Sequence record: OL770073.2
DNA: 64,000 nucleotides
Direction: 5' to 3' (one strand)
Origin: Escherichia phage vB_EcoM-RPN226
The position numbers and the translations under genes are program-made. Below the pieces are notes generated by a model that was given only the letters and a program-made list of their open reading frames with translations, made no database searches and was not told the DNA's origin. How positions within the stretch are numbered: the stretch's first letter is position 1; every line of letters begins with the position of its first letter. Below are positions 46,231-57,015 of this stretch, one piece after another.

Positions 46231-46503
46231 ATGAATAAAAACATTGATACAGTTCGTGAAATTATTACTGTTGCGTCTATTTTGATTAAATTTTCCAGAG
46301 AAGATATTGTTGAGAATCGTGCTAATTTTATTGCATTTCTGAACGAGATTGGAGTAACGCATGAAGGTAGAAAGTTAAATCAGAATTCATTCCGTAAAAT
46401 TGTTTCTGAAATAACCCAAGAAGATAAGAAAACCCTCATCGACGAATTCAACGAGGGTTTTGAGGGTGTATATCGATATCTAGAGATGTATACAAATAAA
46501 TAA
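46231..46503 (+). CDS. asiA: anti-sigma70 factor AsiA
   Basis: 90 aa MNKNIDTVREIITVASILIKFSREDIVENRANFIAFLNEIGVTHEGRKLNQNSFRKIV...; matches T4 AsiA. Confidence 0.85.
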   Translation: MNKNIDTVREIITVASILIKFSREDIVENRANFIAFLNEIGVTHEGRKLNQNSFRKIVSEITQEDKKTLIDEFNEGFEGVYRYLEMYTNK

Positions 46504-47160
46504 TTATTTAGCCCTTCCTAATATTCTGGCCGCCTGAGAACATATTGATTCAAGGCGGTCATTACTTATATGATCATTTCTATACCAGTACATGGTTATT
46601 GTTCCAGCATAGATATTATCCAAATTAAAATATGGACAACTGTACATGTAATTTATTTCGGGAGTAGGCTTTTTAGTTGGTAAAAAAGCAAATTTTGAAT
46701 CGGAATAATAATGACGTCCATTTAAATGAACTGTATATTCATCCATAGTTTTATCAACAGGATATCCTCCAAGTGATTTTTCGCTTATTGTTGAAGGTAA
46801 TTTTCCTTCATATGCTATAATATCAACAAAATAGTTTAAGTTTTTAGGGCGGAAAGAATACACCGCACTAAAGTCTGCCTCAGATGATATGTGAACTATC
46901 TGGAGTTGTTCCAGGGCGACAGATTCAAAGCGTGCAGTTCTTTCCTTTTCAATAATTTCACTGTATGTTTCATACTTTGATTGCTTATAGTACTCAAAGA
47001 AACTATCTCCCCTATACCAAACAATCGCCATTATAAACAAAAGAATTACGACAGCTACTCGGGAAGCAAGAACCTTCCCGGTAGCGTTATCTTTGAACAA
47101 GCGATCTAGAACACCCAACAGAATATCAGAGGGCGAAAATGATATTCTAGGTGCTGCCAT
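46504..47160 (-). CDS. t: holin T
   Basis: 218 aa as in T4 holin; single N-terminal TMD (VAVVILLFIMAIVWY) and large periplasmic domain; RBS AAGGAGGG. Confidence 0.85.
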   Translation of the reverse strand: MAAPRISFSPSDILLGVLDRLFKDNATGKVLASRVAVVILLFIMAIVWYRGDSFFEYYKQSKYETYSEIIEKERTARFESVALEQLQIVHISSEADFSAVYSFRPKNLNYFVDIIAYEGKLPSTISEKSLGGYPVDKTMDEYTVHLNGRHYYSDSKFAFLPTKKPTPEINYMYSCPYFNLDNIYAGTITMYWYRNDHISNDRLESICSQAARILGRAK

Positions 47161-47190
47161 AGACCCTCCTTTTAAGGATATTTATTCAAA

Positions 47191-47970
47191 TTATACTCTT
47201 GGACCATATATTGCTCCAACATTTATCCACGTTGGAGCAGACCCTATAACAGCATAACCAGCAGCACCGCCGTCATATTCTGTACCGTTACCTTGAATAT
47301 TACATCTTCCTCCAGCAGCACCAACGTTACCGCCAGCACCGCCTGTATATACCCAAAGAGACCCCTCACCGACAGATCCGGCACCAGGAGCGGAAATGGT
47401 GCCGGCGGTTGCACCAGCACCCATATGAGAGCCAGACCCGCCAGCACCGAATGGGCGACCACCGCCACCGCCAAATGATAGTCTGCCATATCTACCGCCG
47501 CCACCGCCACCGCCGCCACCAGCAATAGCTCCGCCATTATTAATTCTTAGTCTCCCACCAATATCGTTTTGAATACAATGACCTCCAGCTGATCCAGGAC
47601 TATTGCTACCGCCATTCCCGCCACGGCCATACATCGTTACACCGTGTATATTCAGTTGAACATATTCATTTGGTGTATCTCCGTACATGAAGAATAAAGG
47701 AACATCTTTAGAATATGATACTAAATCTCCGGTGATATTAAACACTATAGGTGCACTACCTGCCTCAAAACATCTATCTCGGAACCATTGACCATTGAAG
47801 TTATGGTCTGCTCCAAGCGTGTGAATTATTTCTCTTGAGCGACCTGCAAATTGACTCATCCAGCAAGGAACACCCAATCTTAATTGACCAGCTGCTTGAC
47901 TCATCCAGCGCTGACCCGTTTCATTTACGGCTGAACTTCCAATCCAGCCAGGAACTCCAACTACTGCCAT
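47191..47970 (-). CDS. 38: long tail fiber tip adhesin gp38 (T2-type, glycine-rich motifs)
   Basis: 259 aa; conserved N-terminus, then glycine-rich motifs ([38 protein letters not shown]) separated by variable segments. Confidence 0.85.
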   Translation of the reverse strand: MAVVGVPGWIGSSAVNETGQRWMSQAAGQLRLGVPCWMSQFAGRSREIIHTLGADHNFNGQWFRDRCFEAGSAPIVFNITGDLVSYSKDVPLFFMYGDTPNEYVQLNIHGVTMYGRGGNGGSNSPGSAGGHCIQNDIGGRLRINNGGAIAGGGGGGGGGRYGRLSFGGGGGRPFGAGGSGSHMGAGATAGTISAPGAGSVGEGSLWVYTGGAGGNVGAAGGRCNIQGNGTEYDGGAAGYAVIGSAPTWINVGAIYGPRV

Positions 47971-48006
47971 AATTTATACTCCAAAGGGGGCATTTCCCCC
48001 TTGTTG

Positions 48007-51000
48007 TTAGAATTTAAAGTATTTACCAATTTTGCGAGCAATTTTAGTGAAGAAAGGCGTTTTCAATTCTTTAATTTCTTCACTCATTTCCTGAATGGCC
48101 TTAATTAAAAGAGCATTCACAGCAGAGTTAGAAATTGTCAGAACTTCGTCTGGTTTATCAAGATTGCCAATTTTCGAAATATTAATCGCTTCTGGTAATA
48201 TTTCTTGTAAATCCTGTGCGATAATGCCGATCTCATGACCGATAATTTCACGGTCGGATAATGATTTAACTTTATCGTAGGTTTTAACTTTCAGTTTACC
48301 GATTAAATCAGTTGCATTTCCTATATAATCTTCGATGTTTTCTTTGAGGCGACGGTCTGATCGAATATAAACATCGTTAAAGCTTCCGTTACCAGTGGCA
48401 TGAAATTCTCCACTTGCATGGAATTGATAATTAGCATCTTGAACATGGAGAATCGCTGCTGCAGTATTATTACTATCACCTGGCATATGAACATCCAAAG
48501 CAGCGATGTAGTTACGCCCCCAATCAACCGCTTTCCAAATGGCATGAGCACTATCAACGCTTTGTTGACAGTCAAGCAACAAACCAGCAGGGCGATTTCT
48601 CCAATCCACATAAGCACCGCCAGAAACCTCACCACGAATAATTCCTTGATCTGCGGCATAAGGAACACGTCCGTCAAGTTTAAACATCGCGCCCTGGAAG
48701 CGATGTGCAACTGCTCCACCATAGTTATTGCGAATATGTAAAATACCCTCATCTGTAGCCCAGATAACAGCCTTTTCCGATTCGCTGTCATCTCTAAACC
48801 AGATATGGCGTGCACCAGCAGAGTTTTTGATGGTTATTCCGTTAGGTCCATGCACGGTCAAAGCACCAGCAACATCAAACGCCAAATTGTTATCTGTCCT
48901 GCGTTCTGTAAAGAAGTGATAACCTTTGGAATCACCGACTTCCATCACTGCCGCGCGACCAACTTCTGAATTTCCCCAATTATTGATATGGAATCGTTCA
49001 GAGCTATTATTCATCTGATTTAGGTATAATGTACCATCAGTAAATGTTTCGCCAAAGAAACGAGTTTTAATTGCACCTGTCGCTAAAGTACGTTCAGTGG
49101 AAAAATGAGCGCCTTGACTATCTTCTAACTGGATGATGTTATCACGAGCATTATTACTATCACCCCAATGGTTAAATTTAAAATAATCTCGTGATCCTAA
49201 ACGTCCGGCGTCAAAAGTCATCACGCCTTTCATGTTAATATCACCGTCGACCAGAACATTATCCGGGAAGTTAACAGTACCGTCTTGATTAAAACGAGAC
49301 GTATGGCCTTGTGAACCATCTTCTTTCAGATGATGAATAACGAATGTACCCGAATTAATTTCAGTACCTAAAGACCAAACGGCTTTACTGTTTAAAAACT
49401 TCTGTTTAACAATAGGATAATATTTGCTTATAGCATCATCATCAATTTCCTGGAAAATAGGAGCTGCTTGAACATACTGAATATCATAACCACCGGCGCC
49501 CGCACCGTGACCAGTAAATTTAATATAGCCGTTTGCTGCGAACGTATTGTAACTTGATTGTAAATCCGGAATAGTAACTTTACCAGTATCTAAAGCCATA
49601 CTAAACGGGCGAAGTGGACCGATATCGCCATATTTACCTTCACCGTAAGCAGTTGGAATAATATGAAGACTTCCTTCTGAACGTCTAAAAATGGCTCCAT
49701 AATCTGCATTCCAAATGCGAAGCGCATTCACTGCTCCAGATGAAATTTCGCCTGTTGTGTGAACTCCTCTATTTCCAGCAGTAACACCGGATGATTCAAA
49801 TGAACCATTGACGTTCATTTCTACTTCACCGGTAGTAAGTCTTTGAATATAACTCATCCAGCTAGTTGCGTCAGAAATTTCCATGACATTTTTACGATTA
49901 CCTACACTAGGATTAGTAAACGTATTACCCCATACAGAAATTGTCATATTATCAACTGAACTGCTACCAGTTGTGTTACCTCTAAACATCAGCGTAGAAG
50001 CATTATTACGACCATCAATATTAACAGAACCACCAATAACGTCAATATTACCAGGAGTAACTAACAAACCGCCATGAGTATTAATGTTTGTGGTACCCTT
50101 ACCGCGGAAATAGTGGTGATAATTGCCGCCCTGATAATAACCTAAAAGAGTTTGACCGTCGCCATACGCGTTATTATCATGATAAGTAACAACAGTGGCT
50201 AATGCATAGTTTTCTGTCGGTGGCGTTGTCATAAGAATCCCATCCGGAGAATAACCCATAACCATTTTTCTAAGGCTTTGTGTTTCCGCAGGACCGTAAA
50301 TGAAAGTTCTTGTTCCGTTGTTTACTGTATGAAAATATCCGTCCTGATGCCATTTAAATCCGGTATCATTATCACCAAGAGCAATTGAAGCAGTCCCTAA
50401 TTCAGAATATCCTTTAGAGCCGCCCGGAAGACCTATAGAAATAGAATGGCCTGCTTTCAATCCACCGAACCAGGTAAACGACCAAAGATAGGCATCTAAC
50501 CCGTCACCGGCGTACCAGGTTATCCCGTCGTTATCTTTAACTTCATGGAATATACCAGATCCTACGGCATTTCGCATAACACGGAGGTGGTTAATAGCCG
50601 TTTCGCTTTCTGCCAACGGAGTGTTATTTGCTAATGAGTAGATATCATAATCGCCTGTCTTCTTCCCATTTGTAATAACTTTATCGGTCAGAATTTGTGG
50701 AGACGAAATAGATTTCCATGCTGATACTTCAGGTGAAGTAAATAGGCCACTGCCTGAAAATGCATAGGTGCTTTCATCACCAGCGGCGTAGTCTTGAACG
50801 CGGATATTAACTACTTGCGTAGTTAATCCATCATTAGCCGGGGCATAAATGATTCCACGTTCGCGGCTATTGCCATCGAAAAAACGAACATGCGATGTAC
50901 CTGAACTTTTTGTAATAAGTTCTCCACCCTCAGTCATAATCTGCCCGGCGGCAATAATATCGCGAGTTACTCGAGCAATACCAGTTAAATTGAAATCACC

Positions 51001-51249
51001 GGTTTGAGTGAAGGTACCATTTAAAGTATAATCACCAGTTTGATTATAGTTTCCTATATGAATAACATTCCCGTCAATGCTACCACCTTTAGCAAAACCA
51101 AGATCAATGATATTTCCTTGGTCATCTTTAGTAAAAAGTACGCGGTCTTTTAAGTTTATAGCCAATTCACCTTCGGCTAATACTGAAGCGGCAGGACGTG
51201 CTCCTGCAGTTTTGCTTCTTTTAAATTGTATTTGTTTTAAAGTAGCCAT
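48007..51249 (-). CDS. 37: long tail fiber distal subunit gp37
   Basis: 1080 aa; conserved N-terminus MATLKQIQFKRSKTAGARPAASVLAEGELAINL...; C-terminal ~120 aa resembles autoproteolytic intramolecular chaperone domain. Confidence 0.9.
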   Translation of the reverse strand: MATLKQIQFKRSKTAGARPAASVLAEGELAINLKDRVLFTKDDQGNIIDLGFAKGGSIDGNVIHIGNYNQTGDYTLNGTFTQTGDFNLTGIARVTRDIIAAGQIMTEGGELITKSSGTSHVRFFDGNSRERGIIYAPANDGLTTQVVNIRVQDYAAGDESTYAFSGSGLFTSPEVSAWKSISSPQILTDKVITNGKKTGDYDIYSLANNTPLAESETAINHLRVMRNAVGSGIFHEVKDNDGITWYAGDGLDAYLWSFTWFGGLKAGHSISIGLPGGSKGYSELGTASIALGDNDTGFKWHQDGYFHTVNNGTRTFIYGPAETQSLRKMVMGYSPDGILMTTPPTENYALATVVTYHDNNAYGDGQTLLGYYQGGNYHHYFRGKGTTNINTHGGLLVTPGNIDVIGGSVNIDGRNNASTLMFRGNTTGSSSVDNMTISVWGNTFTNPSVGNRKNVMEISDATSWMSYIQRLTTGEVEMNVNGSFESSGVTAGNRGVHTTGEISSGAVNALRIWNADYGAIFRRSEGSLHIIPTAYGEGKYGDIGPLRPFSMALDTGKVTIPDLQSSYNTFAANGYIKFTGHGAGAGGYDIQYVQAAPIFQEIDDDAISKYYPIVKQKFLNSKAVWSLGTEINSGTFVIHHLKEDGSQGHTSRFNQDGTVNFPDNVLVDGDINMKGVMTFDAGRLGSRDYFKFNHWGDSNNARDNIIQLEDSQGAHFSTERTLATGAIKTRFFGETFTDGTLYLNQMNNSSERFHINNWGNSEVGRAAVMEVGDSKGYHFFTERRTDNNLAFDVAGALTVHGPNGITIKNSAGARHIWFRDDSESEKAVIWATDEGILHIRNNYGGAVAHRFQGAMFKLDGRVPYAADQGIIRGEVSGGAYVDWRNRPAGLLLDCQQSVDSAHAIWKAVDWGRNYIAALDVHMPGDSNNTAAAILHVQDANYQFHASGEFHATGNGSFNDVYIRSDRRLKENIEDYIGNATDLIGKLKVKTYDKVKSLSDREIIGHEIGIIAQDLQEILPEAINISKIGNLDKPDEVLTISNSAVNALLIKAIQEMSEEIKELKTPFFTKIARKIGKYFKF

Positions 51250-51257
51250 AAGTCCTC

Positions 51258-51914
51258 TTAATAATAGCCGAAATCTTGAACAGAATCCTTAATAACAATT
51301 TGATCAAATCGTGGAACATGTGAAGGTTGAGATGCAGGATTCTGTGAAAAAAGGTTTGGCGCAGTTAAATTTCCTGTCATAGTGTCTCCAGAGCGTAATA
51401 CTCTAGAGTTTGCGTTTGCTGTAACAATATTTATTGCTCCATCAACATAATCTTTCCGTGTAAGGTCATAATTATTTACTGGTGATAATGAAGTTGCGCG
51501 TATTTGTGATGCTTCAATTACACCCTTTGAGCTAATATCTCCATTTCGTGTGTTAATTACTACAGTTCTACCTGCTGTTCCTTGTGATGATTTAAAACCA
51601 ATACCATACCACGAAACAATATCCATATTTGTAGTATCAAATGTTGCTCCATCATCATTACCAGGATATATACCATTTCCAGAATTACTTGCTAATGGAA
51701 TCGTTATTCCATTATTAAAAATTACTCTATTTAAATAAGTACCACCATTAGCTTTAGAAACGAAATCGTTATCAGCAGCTTGTGGTTTATTGTATTCTGA
51801 ATATATTTTAAATGATTTATAGAGTACATCGTCACCGGCTGGATTCAATGGAAAATTTCCTTGATGCCAAATGACAGAGCCTCCAGTTGTTGAACCTACT
51901 TTTAAATCAGCCAT
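51258..51914 (-). CDS. 36: long tail fiber distal connector gp36
   Basis: 218 aa, matches T4 gp36. Confidence 0.85.
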   Translation of the reverse strand: MADLKVGSTTGGSVIWHQGNFPLNPAGDDVLYKSFKIYSEYNKPQAADNDFVSKANGGTYLNRVIFNNGITIPLASNSGNGIYPGNDDGATFDTTNMDIVSWYGIGFKSSQGTAGRTVVINTRNGDISSKGVIEASQIRATSLSPVNNYDLTRKDYVDGAINIVTANANSRVLRSGDTMTGNLTAPNLFSQNPASQPSHVPRFDQIVIKDSVQDFGYY

Positions 51915-51937
51915 TGTATGCCCCTTTATTTTAATAG

Positions 51938-51945
51938 TATTTATA
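51938..51945 (-). promoter_or_regulatory. T4 late promoter TATAAATA for genes 36-37-38
   Basis: reverse complement of tatttata upstream of gene 36 start. Confidence 0.6.
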
Positions 51946-51946
51946 A

Positions 51947-51971
51947 AGAAAAAGGGAACCCGAAGGCTCCC
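51947..51971 (-). terminator. GGGAGCC-UUCG-GGUUCCC hairpin with U tract (- strand) after gene 35
   Basis: hairpin plus UUUUUUCUUU on - strand between genes 35 and 36. Confidence 0.55.
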
Positions 51972-51976
51972 TCAAT

Positions 51977-53092
51977 TTAAACTTCTCTAAATTCTTGCCC
52001 AAACACTTTACCAGTTTTAGACGATGCTTGCGTAGGAAGTACCATTATATCTGGAGGTGAAGCAGATTCACAGACATAATTAACTCGAATACCATTGACG
52101 CCAAATTCAGCAGGTTTTGAAATTCCGCCATTTCTTGATACTTCAGAAAAGCTTAAATTTCTCATGCCGCCTTGACCAGCTTGAGCAGTTCTTTGTGCAT
52201 ATATCGTAAATCCTACTGCATTTTCTGGAATAACTACATAATCTTCCTTTAATTCCCACGACCCAGCCTGTCCAGTAAACTCAGCATGTGTTGAAGAAAT
52301 ATATCCATTCGATTCATCATAAAAACGGATAGATATATTTGTAGTTCCAAGCGCAAGTAAATCGGCATCAGCATATAACTGCGCTTTAAGATAAAGAACA
52401 TCACCAGGAATTAAATTATAATCAGAGAGTTTACTTATCGCGGATGAAGTTGGTAAACGTGCAATTTCGTTATTAGTTCCACCAACTGCTGACATAAATT
52501 GTTCAACGCTTTCATATGTTCTTTTAGGAAATCCTGTAGCTCCAACGTCTTCTAAACTGTCAAATACAACATCTAAAATAGTTTGATAATCGTCTGTACT
52601 TTTTCTATTACTTAGTTTAACATGTTCTAATGCAATAGCTCTTTTAGAAGAAGTATAAAAGGCAGCATATGATACGTCAAATCTTGACAATATAGAATCA
52701 GATGGAAAAGCAGACGTTCCCGCGGATCTTAGCCAAGATACTACCTCAGGAGGAAAATTAACCTTTCCACTGGTTAATATAGCAACAAGTCTGTTGTTTG
52801 AAAAAGAATTCATGAAACTGACAAAAGCAGCTGATGTAGTATCGTTTGAAGTCGAAAAAGCATATGACTTACTATCAACTAATGCTCCTGTAGAAGGGTC
52901 AAAAACTCTTAGATGAAGTCCTGCGCTAAATGTTTGGCTTCCGATAGGATTATCCTGAAATTTAACATATGGTCCTGCTGTAGAAAGCGGGCAAGAACCC
53001 GCTATACTTATTTTATATCTTACTGAATTACTTTCCGATAAAAATGGCGTTTGGACATATCCTTGTCCAAACTCTGCCATAAATTTTTCCAT
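51977..53092 (-). CDS. 35: long tail fiber hinge connector gp35
   Basis: 371 aa, matches T4 gp35. Confidence 0.85.
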   Translation of the reverse strand: MEKFMAEFGQGYVQTPFLSESNSVRYKISIAGSCPLSTAGPYVKFQDNPIGSQTFSAGLHLRVFDPSTGALVDSKSYAFSTSNDTTSAAFVSFMNSFSNNRLVAILTSGKVNFPPEVVSWLRSAGTSAFPSDSILSRFDVSYAAFYTSSKRAIALEHVKLSNRKSTDDYQTILDVVFDSLEDVGATGFPKRTYESVEQFMSAVGGTNNEIARLPTSSAISKLSDYNLIPGDVLYLKAQLYADADLLALGTTNISIRFYDESNGYISSTHAEFTGQAGSWELKEDYVVIPENAVGFTIYAQRTAQAGQGGMRNLSFSEVSRNGGISKPAEFGVNGIRVNYVCESASPPDIMVLPTQASSKTGKVFGQEFREV

Positions 53093-53100
53093 AATACCTC

Positions 53101-56100
53101 TTATTCAACCCATTCAAATTTAACTGTTTTATTCACTGGGTCAGGAATAATGCGAACATTACCAATTCGTAAGAAATCACGAATAGTAAGATTCCCCATT
53201 ATAGCATTATCAGATGGTAAAGCACCGATATCAGATGGCTGAGGAGGGTTACCTCCATCAAATACCTGAACAAAACTTGACCAAGAGTTTTTGGTTTTCT
53301 GCCATGTACGCGTCCAGCGAGTGGTGCGCGCTTCTGGGGTCGTTGGATAAGTAATCCAATCTTGGTAAAGCGAATCGAGTGTGTTACCAAACTGAGTCAA
53401 TGTACCAGGAGATTTAACCTCTTCGCCACGTTCTAAGTATGGAAGTCCAGTCACTTCATTAGTTTTTTCAACCATCTTAAAATAACCCGGGAACTGGTTA
53501 TAAGTAGCTGAATCATTAATATCGATTGACCAGAATCCTACAGTATCAGATGTTGGCGCACGGGTATATAAATCAGAGGTTTTAGTACCCTGAGAACGAA
53601 TTCTCGAGTTAACAGTTAAACCACCTGAAGTTATAGTAGCACCTTTGGCAATGATTAGGCTTTCACCAATTGTAACCTGACCAGATTGATTATTAATTGA
53701 TAATGGACGTAATCCATTAAACCCACCAGTCTGATCGCCAGATGCAGTAAGCATAAAATAGGTGTTAGCACCATCATTACGAATAAAGAATCCATAATCA
53801 CCATTTATTGCTCTAAAAGCATTCGACGATTTACTGATAAATTCGCCATTAGCAGTAACTGAACTACCGAATGTTGCAACGCCATTCGCATTCAATGTTC
53901 CTGAAGCATTAACATTTATCGGAGTTACTGTACCGTTGATATTAAATGTTATATTACCAGCTTTATTGCGTTGAGAATAAAAGTGACTAGACGTTTCATC
54001 ACTAACTTCAAATACAGTAGAACGCGTTGTGTCTGATTCACCACTAAATTGATTTCCCCACACTTTGACTGTCATCGTTTGAGCAGGGTTCGTTCCAGTT
54101 TGAGGTCCTTTCTCAAAAATCAGACGAGTTGCTGTTCCAGTATTAGAAATAGTTAGTGTACTATTTGCTGAAACTGATCCACCAAACGTAGCAGTACTAG
54201 ATGATACAAGAGGGGCACTCAGATTCGTTTGTTGGGTTAAGGTTAGTGAACCATTAACTGTCTGTGCAATATCCCTACGAATGAACTGAGATGAATCTAG
54301 ACCATCCAGTAAATTACTATCTACGGCTTTTGCTTTTAACGGCAAATAATTTGCTAATACACGGTTTAATTCATATGGCGATACTGCATAGCTATTTTTC
54401 TCATATAATTCTAATGACTGTGTTGAACCAACTGTATCATTACCAACGAATGTAATTGAACCAGATGAAGTTTTAACAAAACCTCTTACCAAAGTAGTAG
54501 CTGCCCAAGTAGATTCACTCTGCACAATCCATTTTAAATTTTTTGGAGATACAGCAGTATTTGCTGACGTTCCAGCTACAGTTTCAGCCTGAGTTGCAAC
54601 TTTAATAACGCCTTCTTGCGATTCGGTAGATTTAGTACCTAAAAGCTTTTTAGGAGTTATTAGAACATTATCCAATGTTCCTGCAGCAGCTTCAACTTGT
54701 GTAGCTACACGAAGTGTACCACGTTGTGTCTCATTTGCTTCAAGAATATTAAGGGTATAATGGTCCCAGAGAGTTCCTGATTCAACTAATCCAGATAGAG
54801 CAACAACAGAAGTACGATCAGTACTATTAAATCTAGTTTTAATTTTTAATGGTGTAGAGATACGAGTATCGTCGACGCCTGCGTCGAATTCAACTTGTGT
54901 AGCAATTTCAGCTATACCACTTAAACTTTCAGTTGCTATACGGTCATTTAAAGTTTTCGGAGTGACTGCACGAGTATAATCAGTTCCTGTATTAACTTCG
55001 CTTTGCGTAGCAATTTCAATTAAACCAATTCTTGCATCAGTCGATGTCTTTTTATGTAACGTTTCTGGTGTTACAACCGCATTTGCCCATCCTTCTTGGC
55101 TTTGTCCAGCAATTACTTCACTTTCAACTGCTAAAATTACTGCACCTTGCTGTGTTGGAGTAGCTTTATACTGATCCAAAGCTTTAGGCGAAACAACTAA
55201 ATTATTAGTGTTTTTATTGTAAACATTTGTACCATTTAATTCACGACTAGAAGCTGGAGTAGCTCCTGCGGTAGATACAAAGGTTACAATACCAGATAAT
55301 GATTCAGAACCTTGTCGAGCTTGAAGCTTTTTAGGAGTGATGATTGTAGTATCATCAGTACCTGCATTAGTTTCTTGCTGTGTAGCAATTTCAGCAACAC
55401 CTCTACGAGTTTCTGTGGCAGTTCTTTCATTCAGCTTTTTAGGAGTGACGATAATATCATCAGCAAAAGAGAATGTAGTATCCTGGTTCACTTGGGCAGT
55501 GGTTGCTATTCTTGCGATACCTCTACGAGTTTCTGTAGCAGTACGGTTAGCTAATGTTTCTGGTGTAATTGCTAATTCTTTCTGTGGAGAATTTTCTAAA
55601 TCAGCATTTGCTTGAGCTTGTGTAGCTAAAGCAATTACGCCTAATCTTGCTCTAGTAGAATCATTTAAAGAATCAACTCTTTCAACTGTTGGAACGTTTT
55701 GTTGTACAACCCAGTATTTTCCGTCAGAATCTTCTATGTAAGCAAGCTGTAAAACTGGAACATAATTAGTTTCGCCGTTAAAAACTAATTCTTGAACAGT
55801 CACCCATTTAGTTTCAGGCGGATACTCTGAACGTTTTGGGAATTGCAACAATTGAATTGAAGAAGCAATTTTATCTTCACCAGCAGCTTTGATTTTAACT
55901 GTTTGGCCTTTTCTCATGTAATTCATGGAAATTTTAACAGTATCACCAATAGAAATATCAGTTGGAAGCTGAAGTTCAATTGTTTGGGTTGTTCCGTTAT
56001 TCGCTCCAAATACCATAACTTCTTCATTTGGAAGAATATTTGAATTAGTTGTTATAATACGTAAACGTGCTTTACTATCCCCGTCAAACAATCTCCACAA

Positions 56101-56970
56101 TTTTTCATTATCATCATACATCAAGAAACCATCAATCGATGTACGACCTTCAATGGAATGAGTTCCATCTTCTTGTATTGAAGTAGTTTCGTCGTATGTA
56201 GTAACAATTGTATGATAAAGCGGATTTAGTTTGTCTAAATCGACGAAATTAATAATATCGCCATGATTAGCAAATCTCGGAAGTTTAATATTAATCGGCG
56301 CAGCGGAAGTAAATCTACGCACGATAAAATCGTTAGATTGCGCCTGATAGAGACTTGCCGGTGTTACAATTGCAGCTTCTCTGCTATAATCAGCAACGTA
56401 CATTTGCCACAGACGATTACTAAAAATTAAAACTATCTGTGATTTTGGATGAGTCATTAGTACTGATCGTACTTGCTGACCTCTAAAATTTACAATGCTT
56501 TGCACTGGAGCTGTAATTAAAACTTGGTTAACTCCGGGTTTTCCTCCAATGTCTTGGAGAACGATAGTATCTCCATCAATTGGGGAAGATGGTAAAGTAA
56601 ATGTAATGTCATTACCGGCTGCAGTATCAACTGAAATTGATTCGCCTGACTTTAATTGATAAGGTCCTGATGAAACAGTTGTCCAATTAGCATCAGTACG
56701 TAATGCTCTCCAGCGTACGCTATTAAAAGCTCCTGCTGGTTTTGGAATATCATTTATAGCAGCCCAAAAGCGGTTATCATAAATGATTACAAAATCTTTT
56801 AAATATCCACGAGTTGGATCGTATTGTTGAACTGTGTTTTCTTGAATTAAGTAATCAACGTTAACACCGTCAGTTCCTACGGTACGATCAGCTAAAGCTA
56901 CGTTGATTATTTTATCGCCACCTGCGTCCAGACCATCTTCTGCTCTGAACTTTCTTTTAATCTCGGCCAT
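53101..56970 (-). CDS. 34: long tail fiber proximal subunit gp34
   Basis: 1289 aa as in T4 gp34; repeated ATQ...NTGTDxTxxITPKxL motifs. Confidence 0.9.
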   Translation of the reverse strand: MAEIKRKFRAEDGLDAGGDKIINVALADRTVGTDGVNVDYLIQENTVQQYDPTRGYLKDFVIIYDNRFWAAINDIPKPAGAFNSVRWRALRTDANWTTVSSGPYQLKSGESISVDTAAGNDITFTLPSSPIDGDTIVLQDIGGKPGVNQVLITAPVQSIVNFRGQQVRSVLMTHPKSQIVLIFSNRLWQMYVADYSREAAIVTPASLYQAQSNDFIVRRFTSAAPINIKLPRFANHGDIINFVDLDKLNPLYHTIVTTYDETTSIQEDGTHSIEGRTSIDGFLMYDDNEKLWRLFDGDSKARLRIITTNSNILPNEEVMVFGANNGTTQTIELQLPTDISIGDTVKISMNYMRKGQTVKIKAAGEDKIASSIQLLQFPKRSEYPPETKWVTVQELVFNGETNYVPVLQLAYIEDSDGKYWVVQQNVPTVERVDSLNDSTRARLGVIALATQAQANADLENSPQKELAITPETLANRTATETRRGIARIATTAQVNQDTTFSFADDIIVTPKKLNERTATETRRGVAEIATQQETNAGTDDTTIITPKKLQARQGSESLSGIVTFVSTAGATPASSRELNGTNVYNKNTNNLVVSPKALDQYKATPTQQGAVILAVESEVIAGQSQEGWANAVVTPETLHKKTSTDARIGLIEIATQSEVNTGTDYTRAVTPKTLNDRIATESLSGIAEIATQVEFDAGVDDTRISTPLKIKTRFNSTDRTSVVALSGLVESGTLWDHYTLNILEANETQRGTLRVATQVEAAAGTLDNVLITPKKLLGTKSTESQEGVIKVATQAETVAGTSANTAVSPKNLKWIVQSESTWAATTLVRGFVKTSSGSITFVGNDTVGSTQSLELYEKNSYAVSPYELNRVLANYLPLKAKAVDSNLLDGLDSSQFIRRDIAQTVNGSLTLTQQTNLSAPLVSSSTATFGGSVSANSTLTISNTGTATRLIFEKGPQTGTNPAQTMTVKVWGNQFSGESDTTRSTVFEVSDETSSHFYSQRNKAGNITFNINGTVTPINVNASGTLNANGVATFGSSVTANGEFISKSSNAFRAINGDYGFFIRNDGANTYFMLTASGDQTGGFNGLRPLSINNQSGQVTIGESLIIAKGATITSGGLTVNSRIRSQGTKTSDLYTRAPTSDTVGFWSIDINDSATYNQFPGYFKMVEKTNEVTGLPYLERGEEVKSPGTLTQFGNTLDSLYQDWITYPTTPEARTTRWTRTWQKTKNSWSSFVQVFDGGNPPQPSDIGALPSDNAIMGNLTIRDFLRIGNVRIIPDPVNKTVKFEWVE

Positions 56971-57004
56971 TCTCCCGGGCTCCTATTGTGTTTTCAATAA
57001 TAAG

Positions 57005-57012
57005 TATTTATA
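57005..57012 (-). promoter_or_regulatory. T4 late promoter TATAAATA for gene 34
   Basis: reverse complement of tatttata about 35 nt upstream of gene 34 ATG. Confidence 0.6.
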
Positions 57013-57015
57013 CTT

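Noticed and set aside
47244-47537. ORFs in other frames and strands inside gp38 (47244..47537 -, 47293..47478 +) encoding Ala/Val/Pro-rich peptides
   Set aside because: Artefacts of the GGN-rich glycine codon repeats of gp38; no start context; fully nested in a well-supported gene.
47971-47978. Late-promoter-like TATAAATT immediately upstream of gene 38 start
   Set aside because: The box abuts the start codon, leaving no leader or RBS downstream of it; gene 38 is more plausibly co-transcribed with 36-37. The adjacent AGGGGG-AAAUG-CCCCCU hairpin between 37 and 38 may still modulate expression.
48321-48919. Nested ORFs inside gene 37 (48321..48815 -, 48400..48741 +, 48728..48919 +)
   Set aside because: Alternative-frame or antisense read-throughs within a long conserved structural gene; no RBS; composition typical of out-of-frame translation.
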